A stretch of 64,000 nt of DNA from Eledone cirrhosa (Eukaryota), in NCBI GenBank assembly GCA_964016885.1, contig OZ024743.1, positions 291,524,001 through 291,588,000 of the forward strand, given 5' to 3'. The notes beneath the pieces are model-generated. The model was not told where the DNA came from and searched no databases. It saw only the letters and a program-made list of their open reading frames with translations. Both the position numbers and the translations under genes were made by a program. Every line of letters starts with the position of its first letter. Positions within the stretch are counted from its first letter, which is position 1. Below are positions 12,760-25,740 of this stretch, in pieces.

Positions 12760-13320
12760 CTAGGGCGGGTAAAATTCCAGTGATCTATGGACGAGTTCTC
12801 TCCAGCGGTCTCTGTCCCTCATCGCTGCCTTGTCCTGCGTCTCCAGCAGACCAGTGTCTGTCCTTAGGGCATCAACATACGTTAAGCTTGGTCTTCCTCT
12901 TCCAGTGTGTCCATGTAGGGGCTCCCAGAGGAGCACTGAGTGCAATGCCAACTCTGGAGGTCGGTGAGTATGCCCACCTAACCTCAGTCTCCCCTGTGTC
13001 ACTTTTGAGCTGACTTTTGGGAGGCTCCCATACAGCTCTGAGTTCTTCATCCTCAGTGTATACTGATTAATGTTCAGAGCCATCCTCCGCATTCTTGAGT
13101 ATCACCCATCCACAATCTGAGTGATTTTCTTGGTCATTGTCCAAGTGTCAGACCCGTAGGGCATCACGGACTCCACTACAGCAATGAAGAGGCGGATTTT
13201 CAGGTCTTTACGAAGGTCCGACTTCCACACCGATCTCAAGCTGTGGCACGCCACCCAGGCTTTGCTCTTACTCTCAACCACATCATCTTCTGTATTCCCA
13301 ATCTGTGCTCCCAAATACTG
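12760..13320 (-). mobile_element. RTE/RTEX-group LINE, 3' segment (RT thumb and C-terminus), decayed
   Basis: YLGAQI...KAWVACHSLRSVWKSDLRKDLKIRLFIAVVESVMPYGSDTWT and RLRLGGHTHR...LLWEP...GRGRP...MRDRDRWR. The 3' end abuts (TA)n. Confidence 0.9.
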
Positions 13321-14740
13321 CACTGGCGGTATCAAGTGAGACCCTGGTGTCGAGGAGAAAGAACAAAAGTAAGCACGTCAGCTCTGCAGACCCAACAGTG
13401 TGTACAGCCAGAGAACATCTGAGAGCTGCCAAGGACCAATTATATGCTGATCCAACGGAGGAGAGGATGGATACTGTGGAGGTGGTTAGGGAAGAACTCT
13501 GTAACGCATACACTGAGGCCAGAGAGGAAGCACTGATATAGAAGATCAGAAGTGTGGGGAGAGCGGTTGACAGGTCTGGATGTAAGGAGAGCTGGATGAT
13601 CATCAAGGAGATCACAGGGAGGAAGAGAATGTGCTTGAGTCAGATCCAGGGAGTAGGGCCCGAGGATAGGAAGAAGAAATGGCTAGAGCATTTTATGACC
13701 CTAGTAGGAGAGTCGCCCTCCATAGCCCAGAGCATGGGGAGATCAGGCGGCTGTTTGAAGAACATGATATTGAGACAGAGCCCTTCAACAGAGAGGAGCT
13801 TCAGAGAGCCAAGAAGAAGATCAATGAGGGCAAGGCTCAGGGAGAAGATGGAGTGGCATCAGAGGTGATGAAGAGTTGGTGATTTTGACGATATCTTCCT
13901 GGGGTTCTGTAACCAGGCACTGGAGAAAGGCGTTGCCCCGAATCAGTGGAGGATCAGTAACATCGTGCCAGTGCCAAAGAAGGGAGATCTCTCTAACACC
14001 AACAACTACAAGCGGATCTCACTGACGTCATTGTGGCAAGGACCCTCAACAGGATGATTCTTAACAGAATCCAGCCTGAGCAGGAGAAGAAGCTCAGGGA
14101 CAACGAGAACGGCTTCAGAGAGGGAAGATCAACCACAAGTCACATCCTGATTTATAGGAGGTTATTAGAGCGAGCTAGAACAAAGTGCCTTCCTGCGGTC
14201 ATGGCTTTCATTGACTTTAGGAAGGCCTTTGCTTCTGTTGACCCTCACTGCCTGATGAAGATCTTACAGGCTTATAGAATCCCCAAGAAGATAGTGGATC
14301 TGATATCACTGCTCTACACCAACACCAAAGACCAAGTCATTACACCTGATGCGATGACAGAGTTCTTTGAGATAATGGCTGGAATGCTCCAGGGAAATAC
14401 ATTGGCTTCCTACCTTTTTATCATCATAGTGGACTGTTGTATGCGCCTGTGACTGGAGAAACACCAGGACTCTGGCTTTACTGTAGCACCGGCTCAGAGC
14501 AAGAGAGTTAAGGCGATAAAGATATCGGATGCTGAATTTGCCCACGACATAGCTTTAGTGACATATACAGTGAAGGAGGAAGATGATTTGATGCAGGAGG
14601 TAGAGACTGTGTCGATGAGTGTGGGCCTGAGAGTGAATGAGACGAAAACAAAATATCTAGTAGAGAATGTTGAGAAGCCAGAGGGGATTACTAATGTAGG
14701 TGGACATCCTGGATTTGGGAGCAAAGATTGGGAATACGGG
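13321..14740 (+). mobile_element. Same RTE/RTEX LINE, inverted upstream segment with the RT core, decayed
   Basis: VPKKGDLS..NY, NGFREGRST, FIDFRKAF, GMLQGNTLASYLF, EFAHDIAL, GLRVNETKTKYL. Several frameshifts. Ends at (TA)n. Confidence 0.9.
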
Positions 14741-14784
14741 ATATATATATATATGTGTGTGTGTGTAGTCCATGGGACGAGTTA

Positions 14785-14925
14785 GGTAGAAGTGGTTATA
14801 CAACAGTTAGTTCACCATACCGAGAACAATTGTTTCAACTTAGCGGATCCTCAGCTCGTTTCACCTTAGCTAAGGTTAAACAATTGTTCTAAGTATGGTG
14901 AACTAACTGTTGTGTAACCACTTCT
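14785..14925. repeat. Fold-back element containing an HHR
   Basis: TAGAAGTGGTTATACAACAGTTAGTTCACCATAC / GTATGGTGAACTAACTGTTGTGTAACCACTTCTA. Confidence 0.75.
14821..14858 (-). ncRNA. Minimal type I hammerhead with essentially no stem II
   Basis: CGAG-CTGAGGA-TCCGCTAAGTT-GAAA-CAATTG-TT-CTCG: palindrome ACAATTGT, GUU site. Confidence 0.65.
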
Positions 14926-15135
14926 ATATATATATATAATAAGGTGTCGGGAACAGATGGCTGAGCTCTTGCCGTTTCAACAGCTAGTTCCAGTCTGGAA
15001 CCAGCAGCTGAAACCGTAAGGGCTCAAATATCGGGTCTCAATATAAATATTTGCTCTAGGGTTCTTATATATTTGATATATATTTATCCTTGGATTTTAG
15101 TCTTCAAATTTATTATTATTATTACTATATATAAA

Positions 15136-15325
15136 GGGCGGTGAATTGGCAGTATTAGTAGAGGATCGGGCATGCTTTCCAGCATAGTTACGTCCCTTTA
15201 CTATCTGAGTTCAAATCCCGCCGAGGTTAACTTTGCCTTTCATCCTTACGGGGTCGATAAAAATAAAGTACCAGTAATGTACTGGATAATTGCTGGCCTT
15301 GTGCCAACAGTAGAAACAATTATTA
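15136..15325 (+). mobile_element. SINE, same family as 5125-5318
   Basis: GGCGGTGAATTGGCAG...GAGTTCAAATCCCGCCGAGG...GGGGTCGATAAAATAAAGTACCAG...GTAGAAACAATTATTA. Confidence 0.8.
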
Positions 15326-15328
15326 CTC

Positions 15329-15395
<67 letters not shown>

Positions 15396-16167
15396 CGACA
15401 ATAAACACGAAATATCTATGGTCTACGGCTCTCAAAATAGGCGTTCACAGCCTACCTAGAAATCTATTGATACAAAATATATATAGAATTAAATTTTCGA
15501 CATTTACAGCTAATTAGGGATGATTTGTAACAAGAATATGCACAGATTAATTAATGTACCTCGAAAAAAGGATGACCTGGAAGACATAGCTACGTCTAAA
15601 ACATGTGTTTGTACTGAGACAATAGAACAAGGCAAGACTATCACGTGCCAGAAAACGAGAGGTCATGGGGAAAGTAGTGGTCAACGCAACGAAGTATGAA
15701 GGTGATCCGCGTGCATCGCAAATAGTATTTTAAATTTACACAGAGATTGATAGATAATATAAATGTATGTATGCTTGTGTGTTTATTTCTGTGTGTGTAT
15801 GTTCTTATTCTTGTTTTTGCACACGCGTATGTTCATAGTAAGTAATCCGTTAAACGTTTAACTGATATAACAGTTGCATGATCTTCGTTGTTATCGACAG
15901 AGGATCCAGAACATAAATTTGTTTGCATGTATACGTGTATTGTTGCATAACCTTCAGCCGTTAAACGTCATGCGTGAAGAAATTGGTTTTGTGAAGTTCT
16001 AAAAGGTTATCATGAGTCAAATGAAAGCCACGTTTGCAATAGACAGTAAACAATCAAAATATGACAGTTGTGGCTTTATCAGAGCAACAGCTAGTAGAAT
16101 AAATTTTGACATCAACTCTTCATGCCGAATTTGGAGTTCAAATGGCATCATGCACTCTATTCTCACT

Positions 16168-16237
<70 letters not shown>

Positions 16238-17191
16238 GATACACATGCACCCATATATATATACACTCATAGGTGTGTGTGTGTGTGCGTGCGTGCATAT
16301 TCGTGCATGTGTCAAGGAATATGTATGTAGAATATATACAAATGTAGACGTGTGTATGTATTGAATATTTATGTGTATATCGTTATGAGCTTAAAATAAG
16401 TACGTAATACTCCTGTACGCAAATATGAACTATCTGAAAATATATGTAGTTTATATTATCACATCCCATATCATAGGGAGTATGTGCACCCTATGTTTTA
16501 CAACAGCCAGATATCTTCCTTAAACTGGTCATTTTATAGTATACGCTCCCTCACACATATATATACGCCTTAATATACATACAGCATTCAACACAGAGAC
16601 ACTCAAGTCCACGACACTAACAGTAACGTAGATTGATATCTCACTGCGAAACTATGAATTAGTATAATCTGAGAATATTTAATTTCTTATAAATATTTAC
16701 GAACTCCCAATTGTAGTTATCGCAATCAGAAGAATCGTAAATTCAAACTTATGGTTCATGGAATAGGGAATTTTCAAATACCTCGCTCCACACCAATTAT
16801 GTAGTTCGTTTATTGTTATCGTAATGCATCCAGAAAAACAAATAAACACTTTGTTCGTATGTGTGCATGTGTGAATGCGTGCTTAAGTGTAGGTGCGGGT
16901 TTCTATGCTATTGCGTTTTAATATTTAATTTTAATATGTATATGTTCCAATTCGTAATAATTAGGCCCCTCTGTAACCGTGGTTAAAATATGTATTTTCA
17001 AATGCTTCCCACCGTTGATTATCTCGTATTTTATCGCTTTATAATACGGAGATATAGTCTCATTGAAAGTGTTTAGATTTACCAGTGTTTTAAACTAGTT
17101 TCCCCTATGCACTCACATTGAACTTGTCAGCTGACAGGTCAATTTCCAAAATTTCAAGACTCAGCACTTACGCATAATAAAGAATACATAC

Positions 17192-17274
<83 letters not shown>

Positions 17275-17329
17275 GAACGATCGACTTTCGTCAAATCGGA
17301 CCGAAGAAGCAATGTTTCGGTTGGTCTTT

Positions 17330-17480
17330 CCAGTTGTTAATACAATCTATCGGTCGCGATTGCAGGTAGAAGGAGCAACGTAAAATAAAGTGTCATGCTC
17401 AAGGACATAACGCATCGCGCCGTCCGGGAATCGAAATCACAACCACACGATTGCAAATACAATTCTCTAACCACTCACCC
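17330..17480 (-). mobile_element. Decayed tRNA/Deu-type SINE fragment
   Basis: AAATAAAGTGTCATGCTCAAGGACATAACGCA...CCGGGAATCGAA resembles 4900-5010. Confidence 0.6.
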
Positions 17481-17531
17481 TTCACTATATATATATATAT
17501 ATATAATATATATAATATATGTATATATATA

Positions 17532-17661
<130 letters not shown>

Positions 17662-17685
17662 AATGTCTTTATATATATATATATA

Positions 17686-18810
17686 TATTGTTATACTTTG
17701 GGAGGGTCATGTTCCCAATAAGAAACACACGCACCAGTTGCTTTCACTTCAATTTATTATAATAAATTTATAATAAATTTATAAATTTATAAATTTCTGC
17801 TTGCTTGGTTCCACAACCAGATAGTTGTTTATATATAGTCATAGTTCTTTCGTCACACACTCTGTGACCTCTTCAGTGACTGGGGATTCATTTCTTTGTT
17901 TCTGTGCCTCTCCTTTGTTCTGTCCTACGCCATTTTGTTTCTGTGTGTGTCTTGTGTGCTCAGTCTGCGCATGCGCCACATCCGGGTGTCTGTGTGTGTT
18001 TATGTTCATTTATTTATTTGTTTATTTACATGTTACTGGTTGGTTGTTTGTTCTATGTGTGTGTGTGTTTTCATTTTGTCCTTAATTGTAAGTTGTGATG
18101 TTGCTGTTCCACTCATATTTTCTATTTAATTTTGGTTGTAATTCTTTTATGTTTATTGCCTCTGTAATTTGTCTAAACATTGCGTCTTTTCTGTGTGTAG
18201 ATTCTATTTTTATTTCTATGTTCTCTAATTTACCCTTGTGTTCTATTTTAGCATGTTGGTAGAGTACAGATGATTCTTTATTATCTTGAAGGTCTCGCCA
18301 GTGTTCATTTATCCGTTCCCCTACACTACGAGCTGTCTCACCTATGTACACTCTATTTTTGTCTCTACATTGTCCTTCAGTACATCTTATGCTATACACT
18401 ACATTTCTAGTTTTACAGTTAATATGGGGGCTTATTTTACAGGTTATACATTTCTTATCTATACATGAGGGTCTTTGAAAAGGGTATGTCTTGCTAATAA
18501 GTGTTTTTACGGAGGTACCTGGTCTTTCTACTATCTTAATATTGAGTTTATGTTTATTTAGGGCCCTTCTAAATTTGTAAGCTAATTCACCTCTAGGGGT
18601 TGTATCGATGAACATTACACTCTGGTATTTATTGCTATCATACCATGAGTTTATTCTATTAGCCTTGTTCCTAGTTCTTTATATTCTATTCCAAAATTTG
18701 CTCCTATACAAGGGGCAGGTCCCATTTATGTCATTATTTACCATTCTTTCCCATTTGGTTCTGGCTCCTCTATACACTCTGATTTTATCTCTCTGATTGT
18801 AGCCAGAGAA
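17686..18810 (-). mobile_element. Penelope-like element (Neptune-like): Cys linker + GIY-YIG endonuclease + 3' pLTR
   Basis: ORF 18082-18615 gives CIDKKCITC...CKTRNVVYSIRC...C...VYIGETARSVGERINEH...RQITEAINI...LNRKYEW. An HHR lies downstream and the 3' end is at (TA)n. Confidence 0.9.
17837..17881 (-). ncRNA. Type I hammerhead in the PLE 3' pLTR
   Basis: AGTCA-CTGAAGA-G-GTCACA GAGTG TGTGAC-GAAA-GAAC-TA-TGACT, with a CUA site. Confidence 0.8.
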
Positions 18811-19401
18811 AAACATATGCCCAAGAGGAAGGAGCAGCCATTGGTGTTAGCATTGCAGGCGACATAGCTAACTTATTCATGGTATGGTGGGACAGTAGAC
18901 TTAAACTTAAACTTAAAGAACAATTAGAAGACCCCTTAACCCTGATAATGTACTCCCGCTACGTAGATGATATAAACATCGTAGTTAAGGCACCCCCACT
19001 AGAGAACAGTCAGGAACTAGAGAAAAACACAATGGAAAGCATCCAGCAAATAGCAAACTCCATCCACCAGAGCATTAGAGTTACTATAGACTACCCATGT
19101 AAACACCCCAACCATCGATTACCAGTACTAGACACAGAGCTGTGGTTAGATACCATTAACAACAAAAAACAAATCCTCCATTCCCATTATGCAAAACCCA
19201 TGACTTCCAAACATCTGATCCACCGAAACTCGGCCGTTTCGGACCATACCAAAATCAACATACTGATTGCGGATTTGGTACGGGTGATGAGAAATGTGTC
19301 CCGCATGTGCAACCCCGAAGAACTAGAGAGACACATACAACACTTCATCCACCGTATGCAGTTCTCTGGCTACAATCAGAGAGATAAAATCAGAGTGTAT
19401 A
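18811..19401 (+). mobile_element. Same PLE, inverted RT segment
   Basis: QEEGAAIG...ANLFM, YSRYVDDI, LPVLDTELW, HYAKPM...IHRNSA, MQFSGY. The last 40 bp duplicate 18771-18810 in reverse. Confidence 0.9.
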
Positions 19402-19416
19402 TATATATATATATAT

Positions 19417-19601
19417 AACGAAGGAGTTATGGTAAGGGGCCAGATGGTCCATAATGCACTCAATAATTAGGGTAGTAGAATGGGTAATAGGAAAATATAT
19501 GGCCCCGATGTTAGAGCTCAAGCCGTTTCGACGGATATTTCTGGACTGAAATAGCCATCGAAACGGCTTGAGTTCTGCCGTCGGTGTCATACATTTTCCT
19601 A
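19417..19601 (+). mobile_element. (TA)n-embedded short element: ~70-bp head plus ~115-bp hairpin
   Basis: Homologous to 60711-60903, 42186-42305 and, in part, 14945-15040. Hairpin GAGCTCAAGCCGTTTCGA...TCGAAACGGCTTGAGTTC. Confidence 0.7.
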
Positions 19602-20758
19602 TATATAAAGTATATATATATATATACAAATAAAGATTCAGCGAGAATCGCATTTCGGCGGGCAGCAAAAGCGAAGCCAAACGCAAAAATCAGAAGTGAT
19701 ACTGGCAAAGTGCTCAATAGTTAAAAACCTGAGCTAAACAATGTGTTAAGCAGCCATACAAAACTGAAAAGGTGGTCAAGAAGGCATTAACCACCCAAGC
19801 CAATAAACCAAATCAAGCTAAACATGTCAAAACAAAATAAATGATAAAAAATAAATGTATATGTAAATTAAAGCGTAAATATTTCGCTCCTTATAACAGT
19901 CTTTCTCCTCTTTCTCTGTTTGTTTGAGCACACTTCTCTGAGTGGTTTTGGGCTGCACTTTCTAGCAGCTCGTCCCTGAGAGGACACTGGTTCACTGCCC
20001 TTAAACACGCTGTGACTTCTCTCTCCCACGTGTAGTAGGACGTCCGCTTTAAAAATTCTCTTAGTGTTGTCTGAAATGTATAGCCTAACACACGTTGATG
20101 AACCTGGGTTATTACATTTCCGTCAACAACTTACTGGCGAAACACATCACTTTGGATTTGTACGTGTGTTATATAGTTATAGAGGTATTTATTTACGCTT
20201 TAATTTATATTTTTAATTATCGTGTCTATATTCTGCCATTCATAGGTTATAGATTCCATACACTGGTGGTTTTTCCCTGTTTTATTGATGGCGCACTGTA
20301 TCTATCTCTAGTGTGTTACCTTTTCAACATATTGTATTTTAAAGTGCCCTGAATTTCCTCTCCGTTGTGCACATTATCTACAGGGAACCGCGAGAGTCTA
20401 TGGCTCCGTTAATGTATCGTGATATATGTATATATATATATATGAAAAAAGGAAAATAATGATTTCACCTGTAGTTAATATAATTTTACAAAACAAACAT
20501 ATAATTTTACAAAACAAACATATCCTAATAGAAGTGGAGTATTCCAACACTTACACACATTCGATAATTGAAGAGAAGACAACCCTTCGCAGGCACACTA
20601 CAATTTCACTAGTCCCAACTAATGTATATGTGAACTTGAATACTTGAGTAGATATGTGTGTGTGAAGATATGTATGTATATGTGTGCGTATGCATGTCTG
20701 TAGGTGTACACGTATATGTGTATGCATGTGTGTGTATGTATGCACGTATATATATATT

Positions 20759-20839
<81 letters not shown>

Positions 20840-21061
20840 GAAAGTTAGAGTTAATAGCTCATACTGAAACCCTGTAATTAACAAGCTCAAAGTATAAATA
20901 CTGAGCATTATAATAATATATGTAGTAAGAAACACAGTAAATCGTGTGTCTAATATTACGAGGGTTGAATAACCACATTTGTTTGAAATATTTAACCATG
21001 AAGCAGACAGAATGATAAAATAAAATAAAATTAAACAAACCGCCTCAATAACAATTATATA

Positions 21062-21139
21062 TCTCGGACAGATTAGGGATTAATCTGTTTCGCCCTGAGT
21101 GTGTTTGTAACAGATAATCAACGGGCATCATCAGCGAGA
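21062..21139 (-). ncRNA. Full-size type I hammerhead with a canonical GUC site
   Basis: TCTCG-CTGATGA-T-GCCC...GGGC-GAAA-CAGATTA ATCCC TAATCTG-TC-CGAGA: stem I 5 bp, stem III 8 bp. Confidence 0.9.
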
Positions 21140-21485
21140 GAATCTGATTAAATGCGACAAACACTTAGTAGTAACGTACACACAGAAAAATGAATTCATC
21201 ACCTCGTGTGCCGTAAGGCAAAGGTGGTGTGAGTGTATTGGTTAGAAATAACAGTCCAACACACGCAACATAATAAGCTCACCTCTTGAGGGAGCCGAGA
21301 GATATTAACTCTAACTTTCATTATATTCGGCTCCCTCAAGAGGTGAGTTTATTAAGTTGCGTGTGTTGGACTGTTATTTCTAACGAATACACTCACACCA
21401 CTTTTGACTTGCGGCACACGAGGTGATGAATTCATTTTTCTGTGTGTACGTTACTACTAGGTGTTTGTCGCATTTAATCAGATTC

Positions 21486-21563
21486 TCTCGCTGATGATGC
21501 CCGTGGATTATCCGTTACAAACACACTCAGGGCGAAACAGATTAACCCCTAATCTGCCTGACT
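21486..21563 (+). ncRNA. Mirror hammerhead copy, probably inactive
   Basis: Same sequence as 21062-21139, but GUC is changed to GCC and the 3' strand of stem I from CGAGA to TGACT. Confidence 0.7.
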
Positions 21564-21703
21564 GATATACATGTTATTGAGGCGGTTTGTTTAATTTAAT
21601 ATAATTTTATCTTTCTGTCTGCTTCATGGTTAATTATTTCAAACAAATATAGTTCTTCAACCCTCGTAATATTAGACACACGATTTACTGTGTTTCTTAC
21701 TAC

Positions 21704-21742
<39 letters not shown>

Positions 21743-21803
21743 GCATATATATGTGGATATCTGTATGTATATATATATATTATTATATATATATATAAAA
21801 CAT

Positions 21804-21897
21804 TGCCCCAGGTGAGGATCGAACTCACGACCTTCAGATTCCTCTGACTTCAGATGTGATTATAAGACTGACGCGCTGCCTACTGCGCTACCGATAT
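21804..21897 (-). tRNA. Intron-containing tRNA pseudogene: elongator tRNA-Met-type body with a TAT anticodon
   Basis: TCGGTAGCGCAGTAGGCAGCGCGTCAGTCT-TAT-A[21-nt intron]ATCTGAAGGTCGTGAGTTCGATCCTCACCTGGGGCA, followed by ATGTTTT. The first three acceptor-stem bases read ATA instead of GCC. Confidence 0.85.
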
Positions 21898-22065
21898 TTT
21901 AACTTTAATTATATCTCATAAAATAATACAACTGGCTTTCCACAAAATACATATAGTTAGCACCCCAAACACTTAAATTGCGTTATACTAACATATAACC
22001 TAATGTTTGTTGAGTGAGATGGTTACCAGTCAGAGTTTAGCTTTAAGCTATCTTTGTAATTGTAT

Positions 22066-22181
<116 letters not shown>

Positions 22182-22954
22182 AATATAGGTATATAGGTGG
22201 GAGTACATCAGCATGTGTAAATATATGGGTATGTATGAACTAGAATATGTTTATGGGTTGTATGTATGTTTATATGTAGGGGAGTAAACATGTGAGCTAG
22301 CGGGATCGCTCCACCTCCCCTCCCAAATCAATATCAATAACATACAAATGTTCCAAAACTAACCTCTTTCCTGCCATCCATTTTTTTATCAAAAGACATG
22401 TATGTATCTTACACCTCATTAACCCGCACCGGAGACACACACCCACGTTCATCTTTAATATAGAACATTGTTGAAGTTTTTCTTTATGAATTTAAGATAG
22501 TTGATTCAGCTATGAGAAAAGAATTTGAAAAGTATATTCCCATTATATTTTATTCACCAAAAGTCATCTATTTAAATGGAATCACCAGGAGGGCACTTTG
22601 ACAAAGCCTTTCTAAAACATTCCTTAAACAACTCAACACCTCGCAACTCCAATCTCATTCAATTATCTTCCTTTTACCATTCACTATTTCTTTTCAGCGC
22701 TTGTGTGTATGTATATGCTTTAATTCCTTTATCAACACTCCTTCACTCCCATACTCATTAACACCCCTCCTCAGACACACCCAAATCTCTTATATATAGT
22801 CACACAGCTCAACACAACCTGAGATCAGTTTCACAATCGCCACCGACGAATGCGAGAAAGTTCTTCTGGAAAGTTAACAGAGAAACTTTTAAATATCACC
22901 TCTCCGGATTTAACAAAAAACTTAGTAGATATACAAAACCAAATTGTTAAATTA

Positions 22955-23088
22955 TAATTGTTTCTACTTTTGGCACAAGGCGAGCAATTACCCAGTACAT
23001 TACTGGTACTTTATATTATCGACCCCGTAAGGATGAAAGGCAAATTTAACCACGGCGGGATTTGAATTCAGACCGTAAAAGGACGTAA
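22955..23088 (-). mobile_element. 5'-truncated SINE, same family as 5125-5318
   Basis: AATTGTTTCTACTTTTGGCACAAGG...TATCGACCCCGTAAGGATGAAAGGC...GGGATTTGAATTCAG. Confidence 0.75.
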
Positions 23089-23200
23089 ATATTATAAAAT
23101 TATTTTTTTAGAAATACAAGTGAAGTCTTTATTTTCCCCTTTTCAAATATACCTAACTCTACCAAGGATTTCACACATTTTCCAATATATATAAATATAA

Positions 23201-23313
<113 letters not shown>

Positions 23314-25101
23314 TAGATATAAAATGTAATATTTAAATTATTTTGACCACCTATGTGTAGAACTGATTGTTCTGGTATGCAAAGCTCGATGAAATGCATT
23401 AATAAAGCACTCGATATATATATATATATACATATTTAAAATCAGATAATCACATAACTACTAGGATGATATAAAATAATCACATAACACATAACTACTA
23501 GAACGACATTTGAAACTATAGTGTTTGTCTGAATTTTATTACTTTTAATTAGTGACATTTAAAAATGTTTAGTAGTGCATTGTCAAAGAAGAATATTTAT
23601 TTAAGAGCGCGATAACCTCCTACCAAATGTAATATGAAAAAGACATTTCAGTCAATTGAAAATCCGTCTATATTAAATGAAACTTGATTGTCTCCCCTCT
23701 TAATATCATCATTTCACATGAATTCAAAAATTGTATTTCTTTCCATTATGCCCTTACGAATAATTGACATTAAGGGCAATACCCTTGCATTTTATTCCAA
23801 GTGTAATTTCAAATGTTTAAATATTAATTTTAGTTTGAATTGTTACGTTCTACTGCCATCCATGTTAATCAATATTGCTGTTTCTTCCTCGTGGCACATA
23901 CTCTTCACATTATCATTTTCGTAATGTCATTTCAGCTTTTAGATAAAGGAAGATCTGGAACAGATGCCGTAAGACAAATTGTCCATTGCTTCCAATATTC
24001 CACTCCTTGGCTGGTAATTTATTTATTGACACAGAAGTGATATAAACCAATGTTGCGCTCAGCGTGATTTGTAGTAATGATACAAAGAAACAGAATAAAC
24101 ACCACAAATAATTTAATATAACGCTCTAAATAAACAAAACTAAACAAATATTCATCTCATTATAAAATATGAATTTAAGAACTACGTTATTGTCAGGAGT
24201 CAATAAGAAGTGCGAGAGAGTCTACGAGATATTTTCGATCAATGTCAGAATATGTAGAATGAGAGATATTTCTGAAAATCAGAGATAACATTTTGATTGT
24301 AGTTTTGTCCTATCCGAACTAAAAGGGGGACAAAAAAAAACAAGTGTTATATAAGAAACAAACACACAGCCACCAAAGCAAACGGGAATTTTCCATCACA
24401 CACAGATAGAATATATGGCAGAAGGTACTCCTATTATGTAGAAATACATATACGAGTCAGTAACAGCCAAGTATAAAAACGTACTAAGCATTTTGTTTAA
24501 GAAATAGAGAGAGCATAATGCATGTATTCATCGTCCGATGTAATACAGAATGATCGAAGCTGTAACAGGCTTGATAATAAGTTTGCTCAGGGCTAAACCA
24601 TAAGAGGGTCAATAATAAAATTAATGTCATAACATCAAAGCGAGTGGACTTCAATTTTGTCTGAATTTAACAACGCATACGACTCTAAACATTAACATGC
24701 TCTTCAATCATACAACACATGAATTTTAAATTTAACTGGTCAAGTGATCACTGCATCCATTGAAACCTATTTATAATATGCAGTGATATAATACATTTCT
24801 CCAATAATTTCCAAATACAAAAACTGTAAAATGTTAACTGGTCATTTCACTATAAAATGTTACACCTTTTCTCAATGTAAAAGCCAATAAATTCTTATAA
24901 TATATATAATTGTTTCTACTTCTTGGCACAAAGCCTAATTCATCAAACCACATCATGAATTTCTTCGAATGAAACAGTTCTAGTCCCGTAGAAGCCATTT
25001 CTATATTAAATATTTATATATACTCTACTAGGTATTGAGTACCTTACTTACTGTGTTTACACTCGATTAAATCTGGGACACACACACAAATATATATAAA
25101 A

Positions 25102-25203
<102 letters not shown>

Positions 25204-25212
25204 GTGTGTTTC

Positions 25213-25253
<41 letters not shown>

Positions 25254-25258
<5 letters not shown>

Positions 25259-25686
25259 CAGGTACACATATATATATGTACGTATCAGTTTAGCGGACGT
25301 TTATTATAACGCCCGCTTTGTCCGTTTGTAAACAAACGGACAGCCTGATTTATGCCGTACGGTGTTAAGGCAACCACGTCACCTTTTTGTTCAACACTGA
25401 CACAGGAACGATGTATTAGTTTCAAGCTTCTTAGCTATCATCAGCACCGTATACCCTTCTGCTAGATGGTTGAACGTTCGAAAGTATATACTTTCCCTAT
25501 GAAAATTAACGGCTGAGCAGCCTAATTTGCATATCGAGTGAGTTCAGTCGGCCAGGCGTACTGAAAACGATAAGTTGTAATGGAATGAGACGAAATTTCA
25601 TTTCTCACTCTTAGTACGGCACTTACTTAAATTATAAGAATGTATGTATACGTACATACATATATGTATACAGACGTACAGTAGCA

Positions 25687-25740
<54 letters not shown>

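Larger units (their letters stand above)
20836..21712. repeat. Large fold-back with ~390-bp arms, each carrying an HHR pointing outward
   Basis: ~20912-21299 is the reverse complement of ~21326-21712. TA runs at both ends. Confidence 0.9.

Noticed and set aside
20090-20150. TTGATGA...GGCGAAAC hammerhead-like spacing
   Set aside because: First core base is wrong and stems I and III cannot be formed convincingly.
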